From the NCBI RefSeq assembly GCF_018977255.1, contig NW_024704742.1:14882001-14946000 (forward strand): 64,000 nt of DNA, in the 5' to 3' direction. A program made the position numbers and the translations under genes. Shown here in pieces: positions 52,537 through 64,000 of this stretch. The notes below the pieces were generated by a model. That model was not told where the DNA came from and made no database searches. It saw only the letters and a program-made list of their open reading frames with translations. Position 1 is the first letter of the stretch. Every line of letters begins with the position of its first letter. The DNA comes from Callorhinchus milii. Its lineage: Eukaryota.

Positions 52537-54586
52537 AATGCAATTCGGCCAGAAATTGAACATTTTACTATGCCTGGATGGATGGCATGTTCCGACTTTG
52601 TACTAGTGCAAATAAATAAATCGGAGCAATATCACAAGATTGAAATTTTTTCACGGGTTTTAGATATATACCATATATCCGGTAGAGCAATTGATACCCG
52701 CAAAGGCTCCATTCCATGCTGTAATTCCTTTAATTCTATATGGTCAGTTAGCCTTCAGGCGTTTCCCCCAGACTAAGCTATCGTGTGAAATCCTAATGTA
52801 CATTCAAGTGTGCTTTATTTCAGCTTTGCTCAGTTACTAGTACTATTGCCTCTGGGTCATGAGATTGTGGATCAAGCTCCACCTTAGGACTTGAACTCAT
52901 AGTCCAGGCTATTACAGCAACTAAAGGAGTCATTGGAGATGCAATAAAGGGAGACATTAAACTGAGGTCACATCTGCTTCTTCAAGTGGATGTTAAAGAT
53001 CCCATAGCACTATCTTAAAGGAGAATGGAATTTCTTCTGGTGTCCTGGCCAACAATCCTCCACAGCCTTCATGACAGTTTGTGGGACATAGCTGTGCTCA
53101 CACTGATTGGTGCACAGTCACTGCGCTTGACAGCTTGTGAAATACTTTTAAGATGTTTCAATGTTATAAGTACTTTTTTTGGTCAGCCAGTCACACATAT
53201 GGAAACCTGTCATCAAACTTAAAAGCATCCAAACCAGACTGAGAGTTCTACATATGTGTACCTCCACATGTTAATTTCCTTGTGTCTGGAATGGAGTGTG
53301 CACTCTCCCTGGAGGGATACACCTTGCTTACTGAATCCTGGAGAATATTAGGAGCAGATTGACTGTATAGTTTGCTATTGATAGCACTGTCTGGCAATCT
53401 TCCTGCTGCTTGTTCAGCTAGAACCATCTTGCCTGCTGAGCGTTATTATCAGATGCAAGTATTGTTATAAATATTTTCAGTGGAAAAAGTTCTGTGGCTA
53501 ATTGTCAAGAAAAATCCAAAAAAGAAGATTTTAAAGACTTGCATTCTAAATACATAACAAAGAAAGCTAATGTAAGTGATTGTTGATTGATGGTCTATTA
53601 TCTATATGCAGGGAGATTTTACCCATCCTAACTGCATTATAGCCTTGTGACACTAATATAAGTTCTTTAACTGAGCATGGAACATCCCCAGAGACATGAA
53701 TATGAGACCTGGGGTTGAACTTGATCTGAGGAGACATACCTAACAAAGCCAGACAGGTCTGCAGTAATCTAAGACACCTCCTGGCAGGCTCTTCAAAGTG
53801 AACTAGAGGCGCAGGCGTATCCTCAACCCTGAATGCCAAAGCTCCAATGGGTCGGGTGATAGTGGTTGGACAAGTACCACAAAACTTAGCATTGCTTCAT
53901 ACGAATAAGCTGTGTAGTTACCATAACATAAAGTTCATGTCTCGGGAGTTTGGTATGTGATAAACAACAGCATCACTCATTTTGACTGATAGCATGGCCA
54001 GCAGTAGATGTATTTTTAAGAACACTCATGATATTTGTACGATGACAAGGAGTCAAATTTTTTGAGATTCAGCCAGATTGAGGTGTTATTAATGGGCCGT
54101 AGTGCCCTTGGGTTAGGGAGTGGAAAATTGGCCACGGTGCCTGCTTCTTCTCATGATTCAGCAATCCATGCTGAAAATGTGCCCATATGAAGGTAGTGTA
54201 AGGTCAAAGTCAAACTCGGCTGTGATGCTGCTTAGACCTGCTGACAGAAGGGCTCACATGTGGATAATGATTACCTGAGTGAGCTAGTGGAAGGTAAGTT
54301 GCATCTGTGGTACTGAACCCCAGTGTGAGACAGGATCTTGAAGAAAGGAAAAGAGAATAGTAAGCATTAAATGAATTCCAATACTTCAGAATTGAATTGA
54401 CAACAGAGATATTCGGATTAAAATGCTGTATATGCTATGTGGATACATTAAATAAAAGAGATCCCGGTGAAAATCAAAATGATGTCAAACTGACCTCTAT
54501 AAACTTTGTGATCCCCTTTCTGTGAGATGCCCTTTTGATTACCAGTAGAATTCCCATTTTAGAATCAATGCCGCAAAAACAATATT

Positions 54587-54930
54587 GAGTCCTGTAGCTC
54601 AGTGGTTAGTGCACTAGCCTCCCAAGCGAGAGACCTGGGTTTGATTCCCGGCAGGGTGAAACTTTGGGCAAGTTTCCTTACTCCATACGCCTGATGATAA
54701 GCCCTCAAGAAAAAAAAATTGTTCCAATCCACGATTGTTTGTGGGACACTGCTGTGTGCAACCGGCTGCCGCGTTTCAACAACAACAGCAACAAGATTAC
54801 ATTTGTATAGCGCCTTTCACGTCGGGAGGACGTCCCAAGGCGCTGGACAGTGTGCAGCATTTTGCCCACAAATTCACTTTACCCTATATTCTGTGAAGCG
54901 CTTTGCGATGTCTAAAATACATTATTATTA
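54587..54930 (+). mobile_element. SINE copy interrupted by an inverted L2 3'-end fragment (54777-54862)
   Basis: Head and core, then (AAC)n plus the reverse-complement L2 tail, then the SINE resumes. Confidence 0.8.
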
Positions 54931-56149
54931 TGCCTTTTTAACCTCAATGACTGCTTTCAATAATTTCTTCCTGGATTACAAAAATTGATGTATACATTGG
55001 TCTATCTTTCAAACTACCGTACTTCCAATTCTGGCTGATACCAGAAAATAGTTATAATAATCCTTGCATTTGATACTTATAATGTAAAAAAAATCACAAA
55101 ATATTTCCCAGATAATTGCTGTCAAGCGTAGTGATTATTTTGTAGGTAAACTCAACAGGCATTTAGCACCCAGCAAAGTCCCACAAATAGCTATGCAATG
55201 AATCATCGATTTATTTGGAAGATTGGTTGCCAGGACAGTAGAAGAGATTCCTCTCTTTAGGGGGTTTACAGCATAGAGGGAGGTCATTGGACCCATCGGA
55301 CCTGTTGTAGTGGCTTTACTGTTGCATCAACTAAGCTCTGCTAATTCAGCACAGACCAGGGACTGAAAACTCGCCTATATTTCTTCCTACTCATGAGGAA
55401 AGCATCACTTGTAGTTCTGACTGAGAGTTGAATTTCACCATGTGAGGAGCAGTGCTTTCTATCCCAGGGTTTACCATTTCATGGTAGTCTGTTACATGTC
55501 AAACCGTGCTGTCACCATGTCTTTTCTTAAGCCTGTTTTTTTCTTTTGAAATACATCATGATTATTTTTACATAGAATGAATTGTGTGAAATCATTTCCA
55601 GACAGAAACCATTCATTTTCAGTTCAGCGGGGGAATAGGCTTTACGTTGATTTAAATTATTGGTTTTTACATAATCACCAGAAATCTCATTCATGTTGCA
55701 TATTTCAGCACTTTATATAACTCCTACAACCTCAGAAATCTATACAAATTCACTGGATTCACTGTTGTTCAATACCTCCCAAGCCTTTTATGAAGAAAAG
55801 AACAGGAAGCAAGAAATTTGAAAAAAGTGATAGATCTCAATGGGTCAGTAAATTGACCTAAGGATAAGGCTGAGTTCTAGAGACTGGAAATTAGCTGATC
55901 TCACTGGGACAGCAGAACATGCACTACAGTTTGTTTCAGTGCCCTAAATTAGGGAGAAGCAAGTCGTCATGGGATTGTGTCATGTCCACCTGAATAGACA
56001 GCCATGATCTCAGTTTAGCATCACATCAGACAAATGGTACTTTTAACAATACAGGTCTCCCCCAACACTACTAGTGCATTAACCTTGACTGACCATCCAA
56101 TGCATGTATAAATGTTTGTATGTGGACATCAAGTATGGGCTTTTGTGAT

Positions 56150-56720
56150 AGATAGGAGACATTTAAGAGGGGACCTAATAGCGGTGTTTAGCATTATAAA
56201 AAGGTTTGATAAAAAAAATTGGTCACTCAATCCACGACTGTTTATGGGACACTACTGTGCACAATTGGCTGCCACGATTTGCCAACAAAGTATTCAGTCA
56301 ATTCACTTTACAGTATATTCTGTAAAGCGCTTTGAGACGTCCGGAAAACGTGATAAGGTGCTATATCAAATGCAAGGATTATTATTATTGTTGATAAGAT
56401 TAGCATAAATTGGATTGTCTATTGTCATAAATAGGGGAGTCTGTAACCAAGGGACACAAGTATAAGATAGTGACTGTGGGATCTAAAAGAGAATCTAGGA
56501 GGAACTACATCATGCAGAATGGAGTGAGATTGTGGAAATCACTCCCACCATTGTTGGTTGAATCAGTAGTGTAGAAGCATTCAAAGAGGAAGCTAAACCT
56601 TCACATGAGGGAGAAGGGAATAGAAGGCTATGGGAGAGAGTAAGAAGTGAGGGGGGACTTGTGGTGTATAACACTGGAACTGACTGTTTAGGCCAAACAA
56701 ATTGTTTCTGTGTTGTACAA
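56150..56720 (+). mobile_element. CR1-like 3' fragment with a truncated SINE nested at about 56215-56392
   Basis: [23 protein letters not shown] CR1 C-terminal sequence, resumed after the SINE ATT tail. Confidence 0.7.
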
Positions 56721-57673
56721 TTTATGTAAATCGTTGTAAAGACAGAATTGTGCTTTGGCTGAGATGTCCTTGAAAGCCCACCAATACTCATTATTAAGGC
56801 TTATACATAAAGAATGATCACTTGAGCGAGGCACAGGAAGTTCAATGGCATTTGTGGAATCGTTCTTCAGTAGAAGAGAAAAATGAGTCAAAAACCTTCA
56901 AAAGAGAAACTGAGGCCTATGACAATTAATTATAGCAGATCACTGCAATTCTTTAGATTTTTAACTTCATTTGCCTCTTTTCCTTGATATTCAATACCTT
57001 TATTTTCCATCTGTGTGTCTACCTCAGTCAACTCTGGATGAAAAGGGCATTCTAGACCAGTGTAGCTCCTATTCCAAATGAAGAGACTGTAATAAGAATT
57101 TAAATAAGATTTAACTTAACATAAGGATAGCGAAGTCGTTCAAGTGACAACAAGGAATTCATTCAAGGGTACTGTATAAAAATTCAGAAGGATTTGTTGC
57201 ATTTGATCGGCACTAGTTCGCCAGAAGAGGGCCCCATTGTTGTATCAAACAGATAACTTCCATCAGCCTTAATTGTAAAGTCAGGTGCTGTCCAGATCAA
57301 TTCCTCATTCTCTTGTGTCAGGTGATTAGAATGTGAAAATTCAGCTAAATTTTGCTAACTTGCTGAGGTATCTGGCCGCGTTAACAGAGAATTGAAAACT
57401 CTTTGAGAAACCATCAATACAGATTTTTTTTCACAAAATGTGTAAACTAACCTTTTTTTAATACAAAATGTAAGGTTTACAATTCTTCCAAATGTGACAA
57501 TAATGAGAGGGCAGCATTTTGTCACTCAGTCCCCCGACATTCAGCAGCATGATCTTATTTCCCTGACCAGAAAATGTTTGTTGTGTTGAATGCAGTAAGA
57601 TGAGACTGAACTATTGACCTTGGATGATATTAGGGTGTTGGCTCCCATCTCACTGCCATGTGATGATCACTGT

Positions 57674-57991
57674 GGAGTCCTGTAACTCAGTGGTTAGAGC
57701 ACTCACTTTGCAAGTGAGAGACCTGAGTTCAATTCCAGGCAGGGCGAAACCTTGGGCAAGTTTCCTTACTCCACACACCTAATAATAATCCCTCAAAAAC
57801 AAAAAACAATAATAAATTGGTCATTTTGAATCCATGACTGTTTGTGGGACACTGCTGTGCGCAATTGGCTGCCGCGTTCGCCCACAAATATACAGTCAAT
57901 TCACTTTACAGTATATTCTGTGAAGCGCTTTGGGACGTCCTCCCGACGTGAAAAGCACTATATCAAATGCAAGGATTATTATTATTATTAT
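57674..57991 (+). mobile_element. Same SINE, full length
   Basis: Near-identical to 52211-52536. Confidence 0.9.
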
Positions 57992-60900
57992 TTGAAAGTA
58001 CACTTTTTTTAAAACCAATATAAAAAACACTATATTTAAATTTGTACCACTTAACTTAATTAGTAACTCCTTTGAACCAAATATATGACTTGCACTAGCC
58101 TAGATGAGGCCATGTTAATGTGAGACTGCAAAGCTCTTATTATGATGTCTTGAACTGATGCCTTCAATGTGGTCGGGCACTGCACCAAATACTGTGAGAG
58201 GTTTAGAATCTCCAGATTTTATTTTAAGTGAAAGGCACAGTATAAATGTAACTTTCGGTTGCACTGTGTAATCTCAGCCTCCATGAATGTGCAGTGCTCT
58301 GAACAGTAACCACAGTAAGAGAAGAAAGGATGGTGGCATTAGTTACAACCTACAGGAATATTCAAAAGACGTTTAGACGGATGTACCTTGGTAAGAGTTT
58401 CCGTTGTTTGGATGAGACGTTAAACCAAGGTCCAGTCTGCCTGTTCAGGTGGACATTAAATATCCCATGGTACCATTTGAAAAGAACAGGGAGTTTTTCA
58501 TATCCTGGTGTCCTGGCCAATAAATCCCCCAAATAACATAGGTCATTCACCCCGTAGATGTTTATTGCAGTGCAAAAATTGGCTGCTGCATTTCGCTCAC
58601 AAAATACACAGACAATCCACATAACAGTATATCCTGTGAAGGAGTTTGAGACATCTCAATGGTGTGATAAAGTGCTATATTAAGTCCAAGGATTATTATT
58701 ATGGCAAAAGAGTGAAAAATTGGGAATAATCTGGCAAAGATCTAATAAACTTGTCGGACAAACTCGATGGGTTGAATGGCCTCCTCTTGTTTCTGTTCTC
58801 CTATGTTCTTTACTTCTAGCATGTTTGGGCTAAATGTAAAATACGAGCACATCTGTCACTTGGCAATAATGTATTGCTTTGTGGGTGATGTAATGAAGTT
58901 TGATGAGATTAAATGTTATGAAACGTGAACTGTTTTTAGCGAAACTACACTAGACTAACTAGAAGACAGGAATAATTTATGTTCAATCTTTAACTTATGT
59001 TACCATATAAAAGATGAAATTCAGATTAACATCATTTTTGAATTTCCAGAAACATAGGTAGATGCTATTGGCTTTATATTTGCATTTGCTCCAGCATCTC
59101 ATTTTCACTAAAACATCTGAAAGCATTTTAGACACTTCATGAACATTTTGACATGTTTTCTAGCTAAATGCAGCAACGCATTTATACCAGCAAATTCCCA
59201 CAAACTGTAATGAGATGAGTGGCTCATTTTCATTTTCCTGGTGAAATTCAATGATGGAAAAATATTGTCAGGAACACCAGAAAAAAGCTCTAGTTTTGAT
59301 TGAAATAGTGCCTTTTTTTTCTTTAACAACCCCAGAGGTGCAATGTTGCAAACCTGTGTTGTATTTAGGGGCTTCAGTAAGCAAGACACTGTGTTGGTTC
59401 ATAAGACTGATTGGCCAGCCATGCCATTTCCCATGAGACACTGAAGTGTTGCCCACTTCCTGGTTATTTAAAACCATCATGAAGGAAGCAGCTCTTCCCG
59501 TTTACATAAACCATAGAACATGTGTCAGTCAGTCATGGAAGGCGACTGGTGGAGAAATTGAAGCAGAATTTGATTTAAGTCTTGTAGTGTAGTAATGTCT
59601 TCTGAGCAATGACCCATGGCTTCTGTTTCCTGCTATGGGAACACGTGGTTTCCGTAATGTAGCTGATTTGTAACCATCAGGAAGCAAAACCGTGGCTGTT
59701 ATAAATTTTCAAATGGAAGGAAACATTTTTTTGTCAGCATATGTCCAACAGCCTGTAAGCTATGTGCTTGTGACTTTGATGTTACCTGAGTATAAATAAA
59801 TTCCAACTAACTGAAGCAAATCTTGACGGAGGCAATGGTTCATGTTAAGTCATGAGCTAAGACATGGCTCCAGGGTTGGAGGAAAGACTTCCCAGACCCT
59901 AGCTGTCGCTGAACAAAATACAGTATCTCGATATGAATACTGTAAACGCAGTGCTGGTGTGTTTGTTGTACATGTGTTGCATGCATTTCATTTGGGAATT
60001 GTAACCAATACACTGCTTTATGTGAAATGTGCACCATTTATCATATGGAAGCTGTCACTGCTACACTATTTGTGCACCAGACAAATGCATCCTATGAAGT
60101 TCACAGCTTGCCTTGTTCTCAGATACCAGCTATGTTCAACAATCTTATGCAATCTTATCCAACAATGGATGCACAGGAATTGATATGAAACATGTCACTT
60201 GAATGTCAAATATGAACAAACTTTTAGCTTTTACTGGTGTTAATTGTAATATGGGGGTAAATGAGAACCTTATCGTTTAATTAGATTTGTTAAGGGAGTT
60301 TACCACAGGCCGATCATAAAAACGGTGATTTTTCATTACTTCTTTCTAATCTTATCATCAAAAAAATGCTAATTTTAGAGATTGTTTAAACTGGCCATAA
60401 ATGTCTCCAAACACACCCACACACACACAGTGTCCTTTACTTAATTGTCTCATTTCCCTTTTCAATTGTATCACTGCTTCAGATTACATTTCCAGTCTCA
60501 GAAGTGTTTCTGGATTCTGATGCAATTGTTGATCCAAATGATCTAATGCTGCATGGTTACAATGACTGATCAAATAGTCATGTAAGTAAGATACTGTACC
60601 CCACCAATGACAGAAGCAGCTGAGTAATGCACATAATAGGTTATTGGCTATGATTCCAGTACCTCCTACTTAAGTATTTAATTCTGAAGAGTGTAAGGGG
60701 ATAAATTCTTGATTTTTCTCCAATTAGATCCAGGGTAAACATAGACCTCTTAATTGAACATCTGATTTGTATGAAGTCCTTTTGATGGGAACTGCATAAG
60801 TCATTTAACTGCTGGAAAGCACATTATGTTATTAAAGGGGAGGTACTTTAACTACAGAATGCATATTGCATCTATGTTTAAAGAGGTGCTGTTTTTAATA

Positions 60901-61129
60901 TTGAGCTTATATTTCCGAGCAGGTCCAGACAGCAGCAACACAATATAAATGAGGTGACCCTATTGGCTTTGGAGACACTTAGAACCGTGCTAGGAGTTTT
61001 CACACTAATTTCATTCCTCCCACAGCTCTATGTAAAACCCTGCAGTCTCAATACCACATTACTACCTGCTAAGAGATTTCAGTGTATGCACAGCATTCTT
61101 ACAATAAGCTTTTTCGCATGTTTGATTTT

Positions 61130-61525
61130 AACAATTATCATTGCATTTTAGATAGCACTTTTCACGTCAGGAGGACGTCTCAAAGTGTTTCATATGAACA
61201 CACCAGCCAATCCGCACACAGCAATGCCCCACACATAGCGATCAAATGAATGACCAACTTTATCTGGAGGATGGTTGGTCATGACACTGGGAGAAACTCT
61301 CATTTTTTGAATAGTCCTATAGGATCTCTAATGTTCACCTGAGCAGATAAAAAGGACCTCAGTTTAATGTCTCATCTGAAAAACGGCACCTCCAACAATG
61401 AAGCACTCAACCAGCACTGTATTGGGAATGTCATCCTAAATTGTGAGTTCAAAGTCCTCACATGGGGCTTGATCCCATAACTTTTTGACTGAGTGGCAAG
61501 GGTGCTACTGATTGAGCCAAGCTAA
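61130..61525 (-). mobile_element. Old DeuSINE copy
   Basis: Reverse-complement head, core and tail. Confidence 0.7.
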
Positions 61526-61925
61526 CAACTATCTTGGTTGAAATAACAAATACAATTAAAATAGCAAATTCTATTGGTATCTTAATTGAAATGCATGTGA
61601 CTGCTGAAGACAATCTCAAACAGCTGTATAAGGCTATTCACATAAGCTGGCAAAATGTAGACATTTCTATTGAAACTTCAGTATTTCAGGAATATCCTTT
61701 CTCTGTCTCTGATATTTAATATTGTGAATTTTGGACAAGAGGGCATTTCTATGAGAAACTGTTTTTATGCCAATAATAGTCAACAATACAGACTGAACTG
61801 TATTTTCCACCTGTAGGTGATATACTTATGTGAACTTCTCAGTCTAGTTTGGACACTCTTAAGCATAGTGATGGGTTTTTGCATGTGTTAGATACCTGAT
61901 TGATCACCAACAAATGATATTTGTA

Positions 61926-62322
61926 GAGTCCTGTAGCTCAATTGTTGGAGCACTCGCCTCGCAAATGAGAGACCTTGGTTCGATTCCCAGCAGGGCAAAA
62001 TGTTGGGCAAGTTTCCTTACTCCACACGACTCTGTTTACCTAGTAGTACGTAGGAACCCGGTTGTGAGTCGATTGGATGATTTTTTTCAAGGAATTATTA
62101 CCCGCTTTTCCGGGGGGTAATAATTCCTCCAAAAAAATAACAATGATACATTGGTCTCTTCAATCCACGACTGTCTGTGAGACACTGCTGTGTGAAATTC
62201 GCTGCCGCTTTTAGCCCCCAAACTATACAGTCAATTCACTTTACAGTATATTCTGTGAAGCGCTTTGAGACATCTCAAAGACGCGATGAGGTGCTATATC
62301 AAATGCAAGGATTATTATTATT
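61926..62322 (+). mobile_element. Longer-subfamily SINE copy
   Basis: Head, extra segment, Deu core and ATT tail. Confidence 0.85.
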
Positions 62323-62707
62323 ATACAGTACAGGACATTACAGTAGATATTTTAACAATTTGCTTCTTTAATGGCTCAGTTCGTGAAGTTACTTCCCAGT
62401 GTGATATTTAGTCATAGTAACCAGGCAGCTTTGAGGTTGGATCCCTGCTGAATTCATTCATCTCAGCTAAGATGCAGTGGGGATGCTACAATAATCATCA
62501 TACAGCATTAGACTAGGGGAAAATGAGCTGGAGCTTCCACTCTTATGATCTCTATCTGGTGGTCCCTAATACAAACTAACTGAAATATGTCAATGTTTGT
62601 GAGGACAGGATCAGGTTTAACATTGACTCTCCCTGTGGATAAGTAGCCCCAATAGCATAAAGGCTTGAAGAGGTATGGGGATAGGGTGGGGCAGTGGGAT
62701 TGATTAA

Positions 62708-63062
62708 GGTGGTGTCCCGCAGCATAGTGGTTACCCCACTTGCCTCTAAAGCAAGACGACCCGGATTCAATTCCCAGGCAGGGCAAAACCTTGGTCAAGT
62801 TTCTTTATTCCACACCCTTCTATTTATTTAGCAGTAAGTAGGAACCTGGTTGTTACTCAATTGGCCATTGCTTCCCGGAAGTACTAATCCCCCTGCCCCC
62901 CAAAAAATGGGGTCACTCACTCCATGGCTGTTTATAGGACACTGCTGTGTGCAATTGGCTGCTGTGTTTCTCCCACAAAATACACAATCAATCCACTTTG
63001 CAGTACATTCTGTGAAGTGCTTTGAGACATGATAAGACGCTGTACCAAATGCAAGCATTATT
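62708..63062 (+). mobile_element. Diverged SINE copy with variant tRNA-like head
   Basis: GGTGTCCCGCAGCATAGTGGTT...GGATTCAATTCC head followed by the same body. Confidence 0.75.
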
Positions 63063-64000
63063 AGTACTAGTATTGTTGAATGAACAACAGCAATTTGCAT
63101 TTATATAGTGCCCCTCATGAAGGGTAGCGTCCCAGAATGTTTGACAGTGGTGGAGCACACGCCAAGCCAGTGGGAGGTGACCGTAGGCACAATTGAATAG
63201 GAAGGTCTTCAGGCGTGACCTAAAATGGGAAGGAAGTGACAAGAAGGAAGGATAGAGGAAGAGCATTCCAGAGTTTTGGAGCATAGTAGCTGAAACTCAT
63301 AGTAGCTTTTACTCATGTTTGGGCTTATGATGCAGAACAGTCACTTTGAAAGGTTATTGGAGGGATTCTGGTGCCTCTTGGAATCACACAGCAGAATGAG
63401 CCAGCACCTTCAGCAGAACAGGACGGGAATATGAAATCACTAAAAGAGTTTAATTTTAAGGTGTAACTAAAATTTGTAGTGAAACATCCAAAGTTCAATT
63501 GTCCATCTGCAGCGGATGGTTAAAGAAATCCTTCACATATGACCCATCTTCACAATGGCGAAATAATTTAGGCAGATGCAGCAGATAGCTGCACCTGGAC
63601 AATTCTGTTTAGCATATATTTAGCTGACTGTTTGATTTCTGAATTTAAATCACTGAGGCATCTGTAATTGTTTCTTTAATTACGTGACAATAGTGAAAAC
63701 AAAGGAAAAGCAAAGCCATGTATGGTGGTATAAATTGAGAAGAGGTGAATAAAGATTTGAAAGCTGCTTATTGTCAGTCCTGTGCATCCCAGCTCAGCGG
63801 AGATCTACAGCTACCCAGACTGCTTCAGAAGGAAATGGTTTACTGAAACTTACCTTCATGGCAAATAATAATAATGATAAATAAAGAATAAAAATAGATT
63901 CAATTATTCCTAGGTATATGAACGCTTAAATACTGTATCTCAGAAAAAGTGATGCTGCCAAAATATGTTTAATATTAATGGTTTTCAGGACAAGGGAAAA

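Overview
Vertebrate genomic DNA. The repeat content (a tRNA-Deu-L2 SINE, L2 and CR1 LINE fragments) points to a cartilaginous fish, probably a holocephalan such as Callorhinchus; this species call is an inference. Two protein-coding genes face each other tail-to-tail. The first is the 3' part of PDE5A (cGMP-specific phosphodiesterase 5) on the + strand: 18 GT-AG coding exons from 174 to the TGA at 28130-28132, 589 aa in-window, covering the end of GAF-A, GAF-B and the catalytic domain, with the 5' exons outside the window. The second is a complete 5-exon MAD2L1 (spindle checkpoint HORMA protein, 208 aa) on the - strand at 41280-51347, with a CpG-rich promoter carrying a CDE/CHR-like element and NRF1-like motifs. 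Introns and intergenic DNA are full of SINE and LINE copies plus one hAT-type MITE. Most ORFs in the supplied track are repeat or low-complexity artefacts. I found no evidence of a new multi-gene system. The best leads are a degenerate intronic copy of the MAD2L1 terminal exon, a candidate spliced transcript diverging from the MAD2L1 promoter, the convergent PDE5A/MAD2L1 arrangement, inverted SINE pairs around PDE5A exons, and a SINE/LINE pair sharing a 3' stem-loop.
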